21,459 bases of DNA from an uncultured bacterium. Lineage in GTDB: Bacteria > SAR324 > NAC60-12. The notes beneath the pieces were generated by a model. The model saw only the letters and a list, made by a program, of their open reading frames with translations. It was not told where the DNA came from and made no database searches. The translations under genes and the position numbers were made by a program. Location: contig CAXGMD010000060.1 of NCBI GenBank assembly GCA_964010765.1, forward strand, positions 1 through 21,459. Reading direction: 5' to 3'. Positions within the stretch are counted from its first letter, which is position 1. Every line of letters starts with the position of its first letter. This document shows positions 1-8,972 of the stretch, piece after piece.

Positions 1-212
1 TGGTGGAACGAGCTGCTTTCGCTGAAGAAATTGACGTAGTGGTAGCGGAGCAGGACGAAAAAGATGCTGCAGAGCACCTCAAACAACTACTGAGTAAATC
101 CTCTTCACGAGCATCAGAAGAGGATGAAGAAGTAGAACGCAAGCGTGCTGCTGCTTACGAAGCCCAGTTGCTCTGGGCCATTGCCCGTCAATCTGCATCT
201 CAGCACAAGTAA
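1..212 (+). CDS. C-terminal part of a hypothetical acidic/helical protein (5' end outside window)
   Basis: Open frame from the window edge to TAA at 210-212; charged helical composition; no recognisable motif. Confidence 0.55.
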   Translation, partial: VERAAFAEEIDVVVAEQDEKDAAEHLKQLLSKSSSRASEEDEEVERKRAAAYEAQLLWAIARQSASQHK

Positions 213-252
213 TTTGTCTTTAAGCATCTCCTAGCTCTGGGAGATGCCCTCC

Positions 253-846
253 TTACCCCATTTGGCTTTCCTGCTTCTTCTTCCCCAACAAGAACACTTC
301 TACGCTCTCCGATCGAGAACTTTTCGGCTTACAGATTTTGACTTCGGTAAACATTTGCCGGAAATCCTGTTGAAGCTGCTGGAAGGGTTCTCCCTGGAAA
401 GCCTTGACCAGCAAGCATCCTCCTTTACTCAGATGTTGTTCTGCCAACCATAAAGCATGTTGATTCAGTCCATAAGAGCGATCTGCATCAGCAGAACGAA
501 CACCTGTGGTCTTTGGAGCCATGTCGCTTAGGATGACGTCGAAAGGTTTCTCCCACCAAATACCACTACGATCAAGCTCGTAGATATCTGCCTGCAGCAC
601 TTCCACCTGTGGCGGTAGACTGATCGCCACAGCTTGCAGATCAATCCCTAGCAAGCGTCCACTCTCGCCAATCCGCCTTGATGTGTACTGTAACCAAGAT
701 CCTGGCGCACAGCCTAAATCAAGCACCTTCTGACCACGCTTCAGCAACTGGTGACGCTGGTCAATTTCCTCTAGTTTATACGCTGAGCGGGCAACGTAAC
801 CATCCTTACGGGCCTTGTGAAAATAATGGTCCTGAACCTTCTTCAT
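253..846 (-). CDS. rlmE: 23S rRNA (U2552-2'-O)-methyltransferase RlmE/FtsJ
   Basis: D-x-Y..A-x-K-x-G-Y-x-ARSAYKL start, SAM-binding DLGCAPGSW, SDMAP, LVKAF and SRSESVEVFL give the K-D-K-E tetrad of the FtsJ family. Confidence 0.95.
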   Translation of the reverse strand: MKKVQDHYFHKARKDGYVARSAYKLEEIDQRHQLLKRGQKVLDLGCAPGSWLQYTSRRIGESGRLLGIDLQAVAISLPPQVEVLQADIYELDRSGIWWEKPFDVILSDMAPKTTGVRSADADRSYGLNQHALWLAEQHLSKGGCLLVKAFQGEPFQQLQQDFRQMFTEVKICKPKSSRSESVEVFLLGKKKQESQMG

Positions 847-950
847 GATCGATTAGTTCTACCAGATCGGGTTAGCATTTGCCTTTTGAGTCCGCTTGAC
901 GTAACAATTCTCGTCTCGTCGCAAGACCGTCCTATCCAGGAGGAGGCCCC

Positions 951-1325
951 ATGGACTTCAAAGTGGCTGGTTTGAACCCTGCAAGTTTTGCAGAAACCCT
1001 AGACTTCCAAAAATCCTCGGCCGAGGTAGCTCCCATCTCCCTGCAAGATATCCGCTCATTACGGCAAGGCTTTGAGCGGGAAGCTGAGCCATTGCGACCC
1101 GTATTGGGAGCTGCAGAGCATCAGTCGATGCTGATTGCCATGTATGAAGGCACAGAACAATTGCTCAACAGGCGTGTTCCAGCCTTTGCGGTTCACGAAT
1201 ATCTTGAAGGTCTAAAAGGAAGCGCACAAGAACTGCGCAACCAGGGACTGGCCAATCAAGAATTTCGGCAACAAATCTTCAAGCAATCACGACTTTCTCT
1301 GCACTACGTTCTCAATCAGGGATAG
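951..1325 (+). CDS. hypothetical protein
   Basis: 124-aa ORF preceded by a strong AGGAGGAGG RBS; no motif recognised. Confidence 0.7.
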   Translation: MDFKVAGLNPASFAETLDFQKSSAEVAPISLQDIRSLRQGFEREAEPLRPVLGAAEHQSMLIAMYEGTEQLLNRRVPAFAVHEYLEGLKGSAQELRNQGLANQEFRQQIFKQSRLSLHYVLNQG

Positions 1326-1402
1326 CCATACTAAGCCTTGTGTTCCCGCAACGGCTAGCTACTCTGTAATTTGTTTGTCGTTACACCTGATTGACCGGAG
1401 TG

Positions 1403-1843
1403 ATGCTTCTCTATTTCTCTACCCTGGTTTCCTGTTCCATCAACGAGGTCTGGGAGAGGTTTGACCAAGATCTCTTCCTATCATTGAATCCTCCATTTCC
1501 ACCGGTGCGTCTGCTGCGCTTCGATGGTTGTCGGCAAGGAGACGAAGTCCACCTTGAGCTGGGATTTTGGCCTCTACGGCAATCGTGGGTCAGCTTGATC
1601 ACCTCACAACAAAGCAGCACAGAGAAAATCGTTTTTGTTGATGAAGGTCAGCAGCTACCCTTTTTTCTGCGCTCCTGGCGTCATGAACACCGGCTGGAAC
1701 AGCAGAAAGACCACACAATAATCATTGATGCAATTGAGTACCATGCCCCTATCAGACTGCTTGAATGGATCCTGTGGCCAATCTTATGGTGGCAGTTCCG
1801 CTATCGACAACCAGTCTACCGACGCTATTTCAATAAAGAGTAG
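1403..1843 (+). CDS. SRPBCC/START-fold ligand-binding family protein
   Basis: Pattern 'VW..F...LF..LNPP...F.DE...LPF....W.H.H....T.I.D.I.Y..P........F.YR' typical of small SRPBCC proteins; likely start ATG 1403 (ORF track starts at TTG 1391). Confidence 0.7.
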   Translation: MLLYFSTLVSCSINEVWERFDQDLFLSLNPPFPPVRLLRFDGCRQGDEVHLELGFWPLRQSWVSLITSQQSSTEKIVFVDEGQQLPFFLRSWRHEHRLEQQKDHTIIIDAIEYHAPIRLLEWILWPILWWQFRYRQPVYRRYFNKE

Positions 1844-3017
1844 ACGAGCTAACAGCAGACTGCTTCGTCTGGTTTTGCTGATCTGTGGATGCTTCTGCTG
1901 CCTACCCAGCTCTCTTTGGGCGACTCAAGGTGTGACATCAAACGAGATTCGCATTGGCACTCATACGGCAATGAGTGGACCCGCTGCCACTTGGGGATTA
2001 GGAGCTGTCAGAGCCTTACGCTTTCACTTTGCAGAAGTCAATGCAGCGGGTGGCATTCATGGACGCCAACTACGACTGATCGCTGAGGATCATCAATATC
2101 AAGTTGTGAGAGCTCGTCAAGCAGCCAATAAGCTCGTACTTTACGATCGGGTCTTTGTTATGCTAGCCGCCTTGGGAACCAGCATGAATCAAGTTGCCTT
2201 GCCACTACAAGAAGAGCACGATGTGGCCAACTTGTTTCCATATACCAGTGCCCGCCTGATGTCGGAACCGTTTCACCCACTCAAGTTTACAGCCAGCGTA
2301 TCGTACTTCGATCAGGCACGAGCCTTGGTTCGTCACTTTCACCAACAAAAACTACAGCGTTTCTGCTTAATGCACCAGAATACGGACTATGGCCGTGAAA
2401 TGCTGGATGGGGTGGAAGCTGGATTGCAGGAATTGGGGATGTCACTGACTGCTGTGGAGACACACAGCCCGACAGAAACAAACTTTCTCAATACCCTACT
2501 TCGCCTGCGGGAAGCTGACTGTGAAGTTGTTCTATTGGGAACCATTCTAGGGGATACTATCCGTATCTTGCAAACCCGACAATCTCTGCAGTGGGATGTA
2601 ACGATGGCTGGTAACGTCTCCGCTTATGATCAAATCATAATTGACCGTGCAGGAACAGCGGCAGAAGGTTTTCTAGCAACAGCATCTATTGAAATGTTAT
2701 ATCCTGAAACATTAACTTCTTCTGCTGCACAAGATTTCTTCACAAAATATCAGGCTGAATATGGAGAATCTCCAAACAACGCTGTGCAGATGGCTTACTT
2801 TTACGCCCGTATTCTAACACACGCTCTGCAGTTGGCTGGACCAGAACTAAATTCTGAAAGGCTGACTTCAGCCCTTGAATCGATGAACAACTATCAGGAC
2901 GAACTAGGCGGACCAGTTCTACAATTTGGTCCAAGCGATCACGAAGGGATTGAAAAACCATTACTGGCAGAAGTGCAGCAAGGCCAGTGGCGTACTGTCC
3001 AATCCGTGATGGACTGA
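1833..3017 (+). CDS. ABC transporter substrate-binding protein, branched-chain amino acid/LivJ-like family
   Basis: Signal peptide, QGVT..EIRIG...MSGPAA.WG, GGIHGRQLRLIAED, DYGRE; true start uncertain (see finding). Confidence 0.85.
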   Translation: MKSRRANSRLLRLVLLICGCFCCLPSSLWATQGVTSNEIRIGTHTAMSGPAATWGLGAVRALRFHFAEVNAAGGIHGRQLRLIAEDHQYQVVRARQAANKLVLYDRVFVMLAALGTSMNQVALPLQEEHDVANLFPYTSARLMSEPFHPLKFTASVSYFDQARALVRHFHQQKLQRFCLMHQNTDYGREMLDGVEAGLQELGMSLTAVETHSPTETNFLNTLLRLREADCEVVLLGTILGDTIRILQTRQSLQWDVTMAGNVSAYDQIIIDRAGTAAEGFLATASIEMLYPETLTSSAAQDFFTKYQAEYGESPNNAVQMAYFYARILTHALQLAGPELNSERLTSALESMNNYQDELGGPVLQFGPSDHEGIEKPLLAEVQQGQWRTVQSVMD

Positions 3018-3025
3018 AACGCTTC

Positions 3026-4102
3026 ATGACAACAACCTTGCGTGTTTTATTTACAGGAGGGGGATCGGGCGGTCCAACGACTCCTCTCTTAGCCGTGAAT
3101 GAAGCCTTAGGAGCCTTGGGCCCAACAGAATCTCGATTTCTTGGCACAACAAGCGGCCCAGAGCGAGCCATGGTGGAAGAGGCAGGCATACCTTTCTATG
3201 CAATCCCGGCTGGCAAGCTGCGCCGCTATTTCAGCTGGCAGAACTTCACGGATCCCTTTCGCATTCTAGCTGGTGGAATCATTGGTTTAAAACACTTAGC
3301 GCAGTTCAAGCCTCACGTTGTGGTCTCTGCTGGAAGCTTTGTCAGCGTACCTGTTGCCTATGCAGCCCGAGCATTGGGTATCCCTCAAGTGTTGCTGCAA
3401 ATGGATGTTTTGCCAGGGCTGGCCAACCGGTTGATGGCTCCTGCCAGTTCAGCGCTAGGTTATTATTTTCCAGCCTCTGAGAGAGCCTTTCAACGCATCC
3501 CGGAGCGACAACACGTCGGTCCTGTTGTACGCAACTCTGTTTACCAAGGAGATCCCAAACGAGCCAACCAGCGCTTTCAGCTGAATCCTGACCTGCCAGT
3601 TTTGCTCATCACTGGTGGGGGGCAAGGTGCCGTTGGCTTGAACAGAGCCATTCAACCACTGTTGCCGACTTGGCAGGAACAATTTCAGGTGATTCATCTG
3701 ACTGGGCGGGATAGTAAAAACGATCTGGCGCCTGGTCCTCGCTATCAGACCCGTGAATTTGTCAACGAGGGCATGGGTGATCTATTGGCCCGAAGTCAGC
3801 TTGTAATTACTCGTGCAGGACTTGGTATTCTTGGTGAGTTGTCGATTCTAGGCAAGGATGTGATCCTTGTTCCTCTACCGAACAGTCACCAGGAATTAAA
3901 CGCCTCAGCTCTGGCTGAAGCTGGTGCTATCACGCTGCTAAACCAGCAGGAATTGGCTGAAAATGGATCACAATGGTGGTCCAAATTTTGGTCTACCTAT
4001 CAACCCGGTATCACCGGACAACGAATGCAGTCCTACTGGCCACCGCAAGGCACTACCGTGTTTGCCAGTCTAATTCGCCAACAAGGCCTGCGTGTATCCT
4101 AA
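3026..4102 (+). CDS. MurG-like GT28 glycosyltransferase with divergent acceptor-side motifs
   Basis: TGGGSGGPTTP G-loop, GKLRRYFSWQNF, PGLANR, ITGGGQGA, TRAG...E, HQELNA; likely start ATG 3026. Confidence 0.8.
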   Translation: MTTTLRVLFTGGGSGGPTTPLLAVNEALGALGPTESRFLGTTSGPERAMVEEAGIPFYAIPAGKLRRYFSWQNFTDPFRILAGGIIGLKHLAQFKPHVVVSAGSFVSVPVAYAARALGIPQVLLQMDVLPGLANRLMAPASSALGYYFPASERAFQRIPERQHVGPVVRNSVYQGDPKRANQRFQLNPDLPVLLITGGGQGAVGLNRAIQPLLPTWQEQFQVIHLTGRDSKNDLAPGPRYQTREFVNEGMGDLLARSQLVITRAGLGILGELSILGKDVILVPLPNSHQELNASALAEAGAITLLNQQELAENGSQWWSKFWSTYQPGITGQRMQSYWPPQGTTVFASLIRQQGLRVS

Positions 4103-4120
4103 TCTTTGGGAGGACAAGAG

Positions 4121-5890
4121 ATGGAATTGATGTATCAGAACGTCGTAGAAATGATGGATCGCTGCTGCGAAGAATACGCAGATCTGCCGATGTATGGAGC
4201 CCCAGTCGATGGCGACTACAACTGGATGACATTTCGAGATTTTGCCAAGACCGTTGCTGAGTTACGAGGAGGGCTGGATTTACTCGGTGTAGGAGTAGGA
4301 GATCGCGTGGGTATCATTTCAAATAACATGATTCCCTGGGCGACGATGGCTTATGCAACCTTCAGTGCAGGAGCTGTCTACGTGCCGATGTATACTCAGC
4401 AAAACAAAGAGCAATGGCAGTACATCCTAAATGACTCGGGTTGCAAGGTACTCCTGGTCGCTTCTGAAAGGCTATATCACGAAGCATTGACCTGGCGTGG
4501 TGAGCTTCTCCCAGAGTTGCAGCATGTCGTGCTGCTGAGTGATTCTGAAGATTCTGAGATAAAAACCTACGGAGGATTGCGTAACAATGGTCAGCAGCGA
4601 CCTGTTCCTGCCCAATACCCGGACACGGGCGCTCTTTTGGAGATCATGTACACATCCGGTACCACCGGCAATCCAAAGGGTGTGATGCTCAGTCATCTTG
4701 GGGTGATCTCTACTTTGCAGGCTGCTAAAGACAGCATACCCTTCCATAAAAGTGACCGCACCCTAGCTTTCCTCCCATGGGCCCATATTTTTGGCCAAAT
4801 CTGTGAAGTTCATGGTGTAATGATGTTTGGATTTTCAGCTGCTATGAACGAAAACCTTGCCAAGCTAGTGGATGAACTGGGCCAGGTGAGGCCAACCCTG
4901 CTCTTTGCGGTTCCACGTGTTTACAATCGAATTTATGAAAAGCTACACCTACAAATCCACAACAAGTCGCCCAAGCTCTACTCTCTGTTCCAGTATGGGT
5001 TGACCTGCTCAGCTAAACGACGACATGGTGAGAAACTCTCCATCAAGGAAGCACTAGCTTTTAAACTGTGTGACAAGCTCTTCTTCTCTAAGGTCCGAGC
5101 ACGTTTGGGCAACCGCTTGCGGATGGCTTACAGTGGCGGAAGTGCGCTAAACCCAGCGGTTATTGAATTTGTCCAGAATATCGGTGTCACCCTCCTCGAG
5201 GCCTACGGACTGACCGAGGCAATTGTCTCCGCAAACTCACCTGACTTTCAGAAGACTGGCGCTGTTGGCAAGCCCTTACCAGGAGTGCGCGTTGAGATTG
5301 ATCGTTCTGTGACCACGGCCAATAAGCAGGATGGAGAGATCATAATTCACGGTGCGACTATGATGCTCGGCTACTATAATTTGCCAGAGGAAACCGCCAG
5401 CGTTTTTACTACTGAGGGTGGCTTCCGAACTGGAGACATCGGACATATTGACGAGGATGGATTCCTTCGGATCACTGGGCGAGTCAAAGAGATCTACAAG
5501 CTGGAAAATGGCAAGTACTGTGTCCCAGCTCTAGTGGAGGAAGCACTCAAGCTGAGCCCATTCATTAATCAAGTGATGATCTACGGCTTCCAGAAACTCT
5601 ACAACGTCGCGCTAATCGTGGTTGAAGTCGACGCCCTGAAAACCTATGCGTCTCGCAACAATATTGCTGGCACGTTGGAAGAATGGCTCGAGGATGAAGA
5701 GATTCTCAAGCTCTACAAGCAGGAGCTCCGTAAATATGCAGCAGACTTTCAGGACTATGAGCGGCCCAAGCGCTTCCATCTACTGACCGAAGAGTGGACT
5801 GTGGACAACAATCTGATCACCCCAACCCTGAAGTTGAAGCGCAATCGCGTCGAGGAGCGCTTTCAGGAAGAACTGACAGGAATGTACTGA
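4121..5890 (+). CDS. long-chain fatty-acid--CoA ligase (AMP-dependent synthetase)
   Basis: YTSGTTGNPKGVMLSH P-loop, FLPWAH, AYGLTE, TGDIG, ITGRVKE, TPTLKLKR; GGAGGA RBS before ATG 4121. Confidence 0.92.
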   Translation: MELMYQNVVEMMDRCCEEYADLPMYGAPVDGDYNWMTFRDFAKTVAELRGGLDLLGVGVGDRVGIISNNMIPWATMAYATFSAGAVYVPMYTQQNKEQWQYILNDSGCKVLLVASERLYHEALTWRGELLPELQHVVLLSDSEDSEIKTYGGLRNNGQQRPVPAQYPDTGALLEIMYTSGTTGNPKGVMLSHLGVISTLQAAKDSIPFHKSDRTLAFLPWAHIFGQICEVHGVMMFGFSAAMNENLAKLVDELGQVRPTLLFAVPRVYNRIYEKLHLQIHNKSPKLYSLFQYGLTCSAKRRHGEKLSIKEALAFKLCDKLFFSKVRARLGNRLRMAYSGGSALNPAVIEFVQNIGVTLLEAYGLTEAIVSANSPDFQKTGAVGKPLPGVRVEIDRSVTTANKQDGEIIIHGATMMLGYYNLPEETASVFTTEGGFRTGDIGHIDEDGFLRITGRVKEIYKLENGKYCVPALVEEALKLSPFINQVMIYGFQKLYNVALIVVEVDALKTYASRNNIAGTLEEWLEDEEILKLYKQELRKYAADFQDYERPKRFHLLTEEWTVDNNLITPTLKLKRNRVEERFQEELTGMY

Positions 5891-5891
5891 T

Positions 5892-6467
5892 TCAAAGCCA
5901 TTGGCGGAGCGCAGACCAGATAGGTTCACGCCCAGACTTGTCTAGGGAGGAATGTGGCAGGGGGTCCTGCTCCAGCTGGAGAGTAGTTCGAACTTGCTGA
6001 AGATGACTGCGGTACTGGCTCCGCTTGAGCTTATCCATCTTGTTGGCCACAACTAGGACGGGCCGCTGGTAGTGATCCAGCCATGTCTTCATCTGGCGGT
6101 CATGCTCTCCTGGTTTGTGGCGGACATCCACGATTAGCACGACACCTCGAAGAGTGGAACGCTCCCCAAGATAGGCTTCAATCGTTGCCTGCCAACCAAG
6201 ACGCACTGCTTCGGGCACCTTCGCGTAGCCATAGCCAGGCAGATCGACCAGATGAAACAGCTCATTAATACAGAAAAAGTTGATCAGCTGGGTCTTACCT
6301 GGCGTAGAACTGGTCTTGACCAGTTGGTTGCGCTGCAGCAATGAATTGATCAACGTGGATTTGCCCACGTTGGATTTTCCAGCAAAGGCAATTTCTGGAA
6401 GGCTTGGATGTGGGAATTGCTTGGGTTGTGCTGCACTGGTAAGAAATTCTGCTGAATGAATCTTCAC
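5892..6467 (-). CDS. engB: ribosome biogenesis GTPase YihA/YsxC (EngB)
   Basis: PEIAFAGKSNVGKSTLIN (G1), TPGKTQLINFF (G2), DLPGYGYAKV (G3), NKMDKL (G4). Confidence 0.95.
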   Translation of the reverse strand: MKIHSAEFLTSAAQPKQFPHPSLPEIAFAGKSNVGKSTLINSLLQRNQLVKTSSTPGKTQLINFFCINELFHLVDLPGYGYAKVPEAVRLGWQATIEAYLGERSTLRGVVLIVDVRHKPGEHDRQMKTWLDHYQRPVLVVANKMDKLKRSQYRSHLQQVRTTLQLEQDPLPHSSLDKSGREPIWSALRQWL

Positions 6468-7372
6468 TGTTTGTCTTCCGTTCCGATCTCACGAATCGTC
6501 ACCTTGTCGGTGGTCTCCTCTGCTTCCTTCTCCGGATCTTCAAAATATTCCGCAGGAATTTCAAAGTGATGGACCGCCAAGGCTTGTAAGCGATCCTGAC
6601 TACAAACCGCCTCATCTCGGGCCAAATCAAAGTATAGCAGAACGGTCAGGATTGAAGCATAGGGATAGAAAATCAAGGCAGTCAGGTACTGTGTCCAGCG
6701 CAAGGCAGCCTGAGTTTCTGCACTTCCCAACAACTTGACGAGGTCTTCTCCGTCCGCTGCCATGGGATCTGTTTGCAACAAGGCACTGAAATTGATTTCC
6801 GGCAGGAACAGTTGGAGCAACACGATAAAGAGCAATAACTGCAGGATCATGGCGACAACAACGACACCAAAAGCTCGTTTCAACCGGTTACGAGTCAGTT
6901 GAAAGCTACGCACCAAGGCAGGAAGTCCCCGTAGCTCTTCAACTACACAGACTGGTTGGGCAATGGTCAGAAAAACAAAGCTACTCAGCCAGAGCGTCAC
7001 CAATACAACGTTCAACGGTGTCGGTGCCATCAATCCATAGAATCCGAGGATTGTCAGCAAGTACTGTAGGATCCCGACATGCAGAGGTCGCAAGACAGCG
7101 CGACTGCCCAAACGGCGTAAAATCTTCACAGTGGGAAAAACGCCCGTGAACAGTAGGGAGAGTAGTCCAAGGGTTGCTCCTGCTTCCAACAGTCTCATCA
7201 GCAGGAAAAAGACCACGCTCTCTCCCTGATCTACTCCGCTCAGGCTGAGCAGTAGCGCTGGAACCAGTAACACCAGGGTCAGTCCCAACAAAGGAAAGAG
7301 ATGCGCGCGATAAATCTGCCAACTCTGAACAAAGAGCGAACCAAGGGTTGGGGCAGCAGGTATGAGACTCAT
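6464..7372 (-). CDS. multi-pass membrane protein of unknown function
   Basis: About six hydrophobic segments, 'ALVRSFQLTR' and 'VLLYFDL' patterns, acidic C-tail; 4-nt overlap with engB start; likely start ATG 7372. Confidence 0.75.
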   Translation of the reverse strand: MSLIPAAPTLGSLFVQSWQIYRAHLFPLLGLTLVLLVPALLLSLSGVDQGESVVFFLLMRLLEAGATLGLLSLLFTGVFPTVKILRRLGSRAVLRPLHVGILQYLLTILGFYGLMAPTPLNVVLVTLWLSSFVFLTIAQPVCVVEELRGLPALVRSFQLTRNRLKRAFGVVVVAMILQLLLFIVLLQLFLPEINFSALLQTDPMAADGEDLVKLLGSAETQAALRWTQYLTALIFYPYASILTVLLYFDLARDEAVCSQDRLQALAVHHFEIPAEYFEDPEKEAEETTDKVTIREIGTEDKQ

Positions 7373-7428
7373 ACGCAATTCATTACGGATAGCAATACGT
7401 TGTCAGTTAAGCAGCAACAGGAGAGGTC

Positions 7429-8457
7429 ATGACCTCAGAACGGCCATCGCTGGTGCAGACGAAAAAGAGTACAAAAAACAAAGTTATACCTCGATCCCAG
7501 CTTGCTTTACAAGTCGAAGCGTCTACGCAGACCCTGCCAGACGAGTCAGATCTGATCATCCACGAGTTGAATCAGAAGCTGAACTCACTGCGACAGCAGC
7601 TGGTTAATTACGAAAGCCAACGTCAACAAGCGAATGGCCCTAGCTCACGACAATTACGGGCCCAACTGGCCAAGCAGGAAGCCCAACTACAGGATCTTCA
7701 GGCCGAACGGGCAACGGTCAATTACCATGCTCGATCTCTACCACAGACCTTCTCTGCTTTGCGTAAACCAGCCTCTCAGTTGGAGGAGCAAGTCGGTCAA
7801 CTGCTGGAGAGAATTCCTGACCCAGAGGTTCGCAAAGCCCTGGAGCACTGCCGTCAGTTGGCCAAGCAAATGCTGGATGACACTGATACTCAGCAACAGG
7901 AACTGGAAGAGATCCATCAGGACTATCAACCTGAACGCAGAGCAGTCAATCTGTTGAAATTCTTTCGGGGAGTTGCTCGGCAACACACGCAGCAGAGTCG
8001 ACACCCACTGCGGCTCTTTGCTTCGACTCGACTTCCCGATGAGATGCGCCTGGACCCAGCAGGATTCCGGCGGGCCTTGCTGGCCATGCTTCAGGAAGTA
8101 CGACGCCAAGCAAATACGGAACCGCTCCAGTTGCTCCTGCAAACCTCTAATCCACGCCAGCAACGAGATGCTCGTATCCAGATTACTGTTAAGATCGATT
8201 CCGGCTCCAACTTATCGAAGGCAAAAAACTGGGGAGATTATCTGGCGCAGCGAATGAGTGAAGCGGATGGGAGTCCAGAGTTGTTGATCGGGCGCAAAAT
8301 TATCTACGCCCATGGAGGAAGGATCAGCTTACGCCGAGAAGAGGACCAGGTCGTTGGGTTGGAAGTAAGCCTTCCGATGGAAACAATGACTCACAACGTT
8401 GTGCCACAGATCGCGCTGTCCACGGATACAAAGACCCCCACAAGCGGTGATTCCTGA
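7429..8457 (+). CDS. coiled-coil protein with degenerate histidine-kinase-like ATPase (GHKL) C-terminus
   Basis: Q/L/E-rich heptad N-half; C-terminal 'GRKIIYAHGGRISL...GLEVSLP' resembles the end of HATPase_c; AGGAGAGG RBS. Confidence 0.65.
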   Translation: MTSERPSLVQTKKSTKNKVIPRSQLALQVEASTQTLPDESDLIIHELNQKLNSLRQQLVNYESQRQQANGPSSRQLRAQLAKQEAQLQDLQAERATVNYHARSLPQTFSALRKPASQLEEQVGQLLERIPDPEVRKALEHCRQLAKQMLDDTDTQQQELEEIHQDYQPERRAVNLLKFFRGVARQHTQQSRHPLRLFASTRLPDEMRLDPAGFRRALLAMLQEVRRQANTEPLQLLLQTSNPRQQRDARIQITVKIDSGSNLSKAKNWGDYLAQRMSEADGSPELLIGRKIIYAHGGRISLRREEDQVVGLEVSLPMETMTHNVVPQIALSTDTKTPTSGDS

Positions 8458-8465
8458 TAGCTCTG

Positions 8466-8906
8466 TTAAGTTGTGGCAGCTCCGTTCGTTTTGCTAACAG
8501 TAGAATCTGTTGTGCTCGCGGTAGTGGTTGATTCAGCTTCCTTGGCTTCAGCAGCCGCTACATTTTCCTTGCGTGCAGCCAAATCTTCCTGCCCCTTCTC
8601 AAACGCATTTGCCACTGCTTCCAGCTTGTCTCCGGTGCTCATCTGAGAGAGCTTCAATGAACCGAACTTGTTGGCTACTCCACCGAAGTTATTCTCAAAG
8701 TCTTTCTTGATATCCTTCACCTCGAGATCCCGCTCAATGTTATCCATCTCGCTCTGTACGGTGTGACGAATATCGTTGGTAGCTCGTTTGAGTTCAACAA
8801 GCCCCTTGCCCACGGAGCGCATGACTCCTGGAAGCTGTTTGGGTCCAATGAAGATCAGCGCAATCACGACAATGATGACTAATTCTGGCAGACCGATGCC
8901 AAACAT
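8466..8906 (-). CDS. tatB: twin-arginine translocase subunit, TatB-like (TatA/B family)
   Basis: MFGIGLPELVIIVVIALIFIGPKQLP followed by amphipathic helix and long polar tail; 146 aa favours TatB; AGGAGG RBS. Confidence 0.8.
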   Translation of the reverse strand: MFGIGLPELVIIVVIALIFIGPKQLPGVMRSVGKGLVELKRATNDIRHTVQSEMDNIERDLEVKDIKKDFENNFGGVANKFGSLKLSQMSTGDKLEAVANAFEKGQEDLAARKENVAAAEAKEAESTTTASTTDSTVSKTNGAATT

Positions 8907-8972
8907 GAGATTCTCCTCCTAACGGTTATCAACAAGACGTGAACTTATATCCTGCTTAACGAGGAAAGGCAA

